NCBI GenBank assembly: GCA_963666275.2
Contig: CAXXOA010000002.1
Span: 416,001-480,000, forward strand
DNA: 64,000 nt
Reading direction: 5' to 3'
Source: Oceanispirochaeta sp.
GTDB taxonomy: Bacteria > Spirochaetota > Spirochaetia > DSM-2461
Part shown: positions 63,363 through 64,000 of the stretch, piece by piece
Layout: every line of letters begins with the position of its first letter
How positions within the stretch are numbered: position 1 is the first letter of the stretch
Notes under the pieces: model-generated
The model's database searches: none
Told to the model about the DNA's origin: nothing
What the model saw: the letters and a program-made list of their open reading frames with translations, nothing else
Made by a program: the position numbers and the translations under genes

Positions 63363-64000
63363 TTATCCAATAAATTTTTTATGAATTTCATTTAAAGCCC
63401 GTTTTTTGTCTTTTTCATGTATGACAAAAGAAATATTTCGTTCCGAAGAACCCTGGGCTATAGCGAGAATATTTACATCAGCTTCAGCAACAGCACTGAA
63501 AAGCTTTCCGGAGATCCCGACAGTACCGATCATATTTTCTCCAATCACAGCAATGATCACCAGATCGTTGACGATTTCAATATTCTGAATTTTTCTGGAT
63601 TCCATATTTTCAGCAAGATTCTTATGCAGTTTCTCACTGGCTGCCTGAACTTCCTCGGTTCTGCAGAGAATAGATATACTATGCTCGGAAGATGCCTGAG
63701 TGATCATAATGATGTTCACACCGGCTTCAGCCAGGGAGTTAAAGATCAGAGAGGCCACTCCTGGAATACCGACCATGCCGCCACCCTCTATATTTATAAG
63801 TGATACTTTATCAATGGATGCCAGACCGGTAATAATACTGTCTCTGTTACTGCTTTCCCCGGAGATAATTGTTCCTTCAGCTGCCGGATTGAGTGTATTT
63901 TTGATATAGACAGGAATTTTTTTATCAATGGTCGGTATGAGAGTATAGGGGTGAATGACTTCCGCACCGAAGTAGGATAATTCCATAGCTTCCTGAATGC
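63363..64000 (-). CDS. Aspartate kinase, C-terminal part with two ACT domains (5' end outside window)
   Basis: EAMELSYFGAEVIHP, KNTLNP..GT, MITQASSEHSIS, AIAQGSSERNISF; upstream of thrC. Confidence 0.92.
   Translation of the reverse strand, partial: IQEAMELSYFGAEVIHPYTLIPTIDKKIPVYIKNTLNPAAEGTIISGESSNRDSIITGLASIDKVSLINIEGGGMVGIPGVASLIFNSLAEAGVNIIMITQASSEHSISILCRTEEVQAASEKLHKNLAENMESRKIQNIEIVNDLVIIAVIGENMIGTVGISGKLFSAVAEADVNILAIAQGSSERNISFVIHEKDKKRALNEIHKKFIG

Overview
Bacterial chromosome window, most likely from a free-living spirochete (Spirochaetaceae-like; inferred from gyrBA divergent from dnaA, a 51-aa L34, tRNA-Arg(GCG) and gene content). The right third is the replication-origin region: recR-ebfC-dnaX, SRP RNA, 4 tRNAs, parBA, two parS sites, gyrAB, oriC DnaA-box clusters with DnaA-trios, dnaA-dnaN-recF-DUF721-rpmH-rnpA-yidD-yidC-jag, then thrC and a partial aspartokinase. 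The left two thirds are metabolic, regulatory and accessory genes. The most notable items are: (1) a PucR-regulated glycyl radical enzyme with an atypical GCVD Cys loop, an organic-acid carrier and no activating enzyme in the window; (2) a dnaX split at an A12 run followed by a perfect 11-bp hairpin, so that full-length tau would need recoding; (3) an AT-rich P-loop ATPase gene, absent from the ORF track, running off the left edge (possible defence island); (4) a LacI-controlled P-loop kinase plus GH13_18 phosphorylase pair. No CRISPR array, rRNA or transposase was seen. All family calls come from motif recognition by eye, without database searches.
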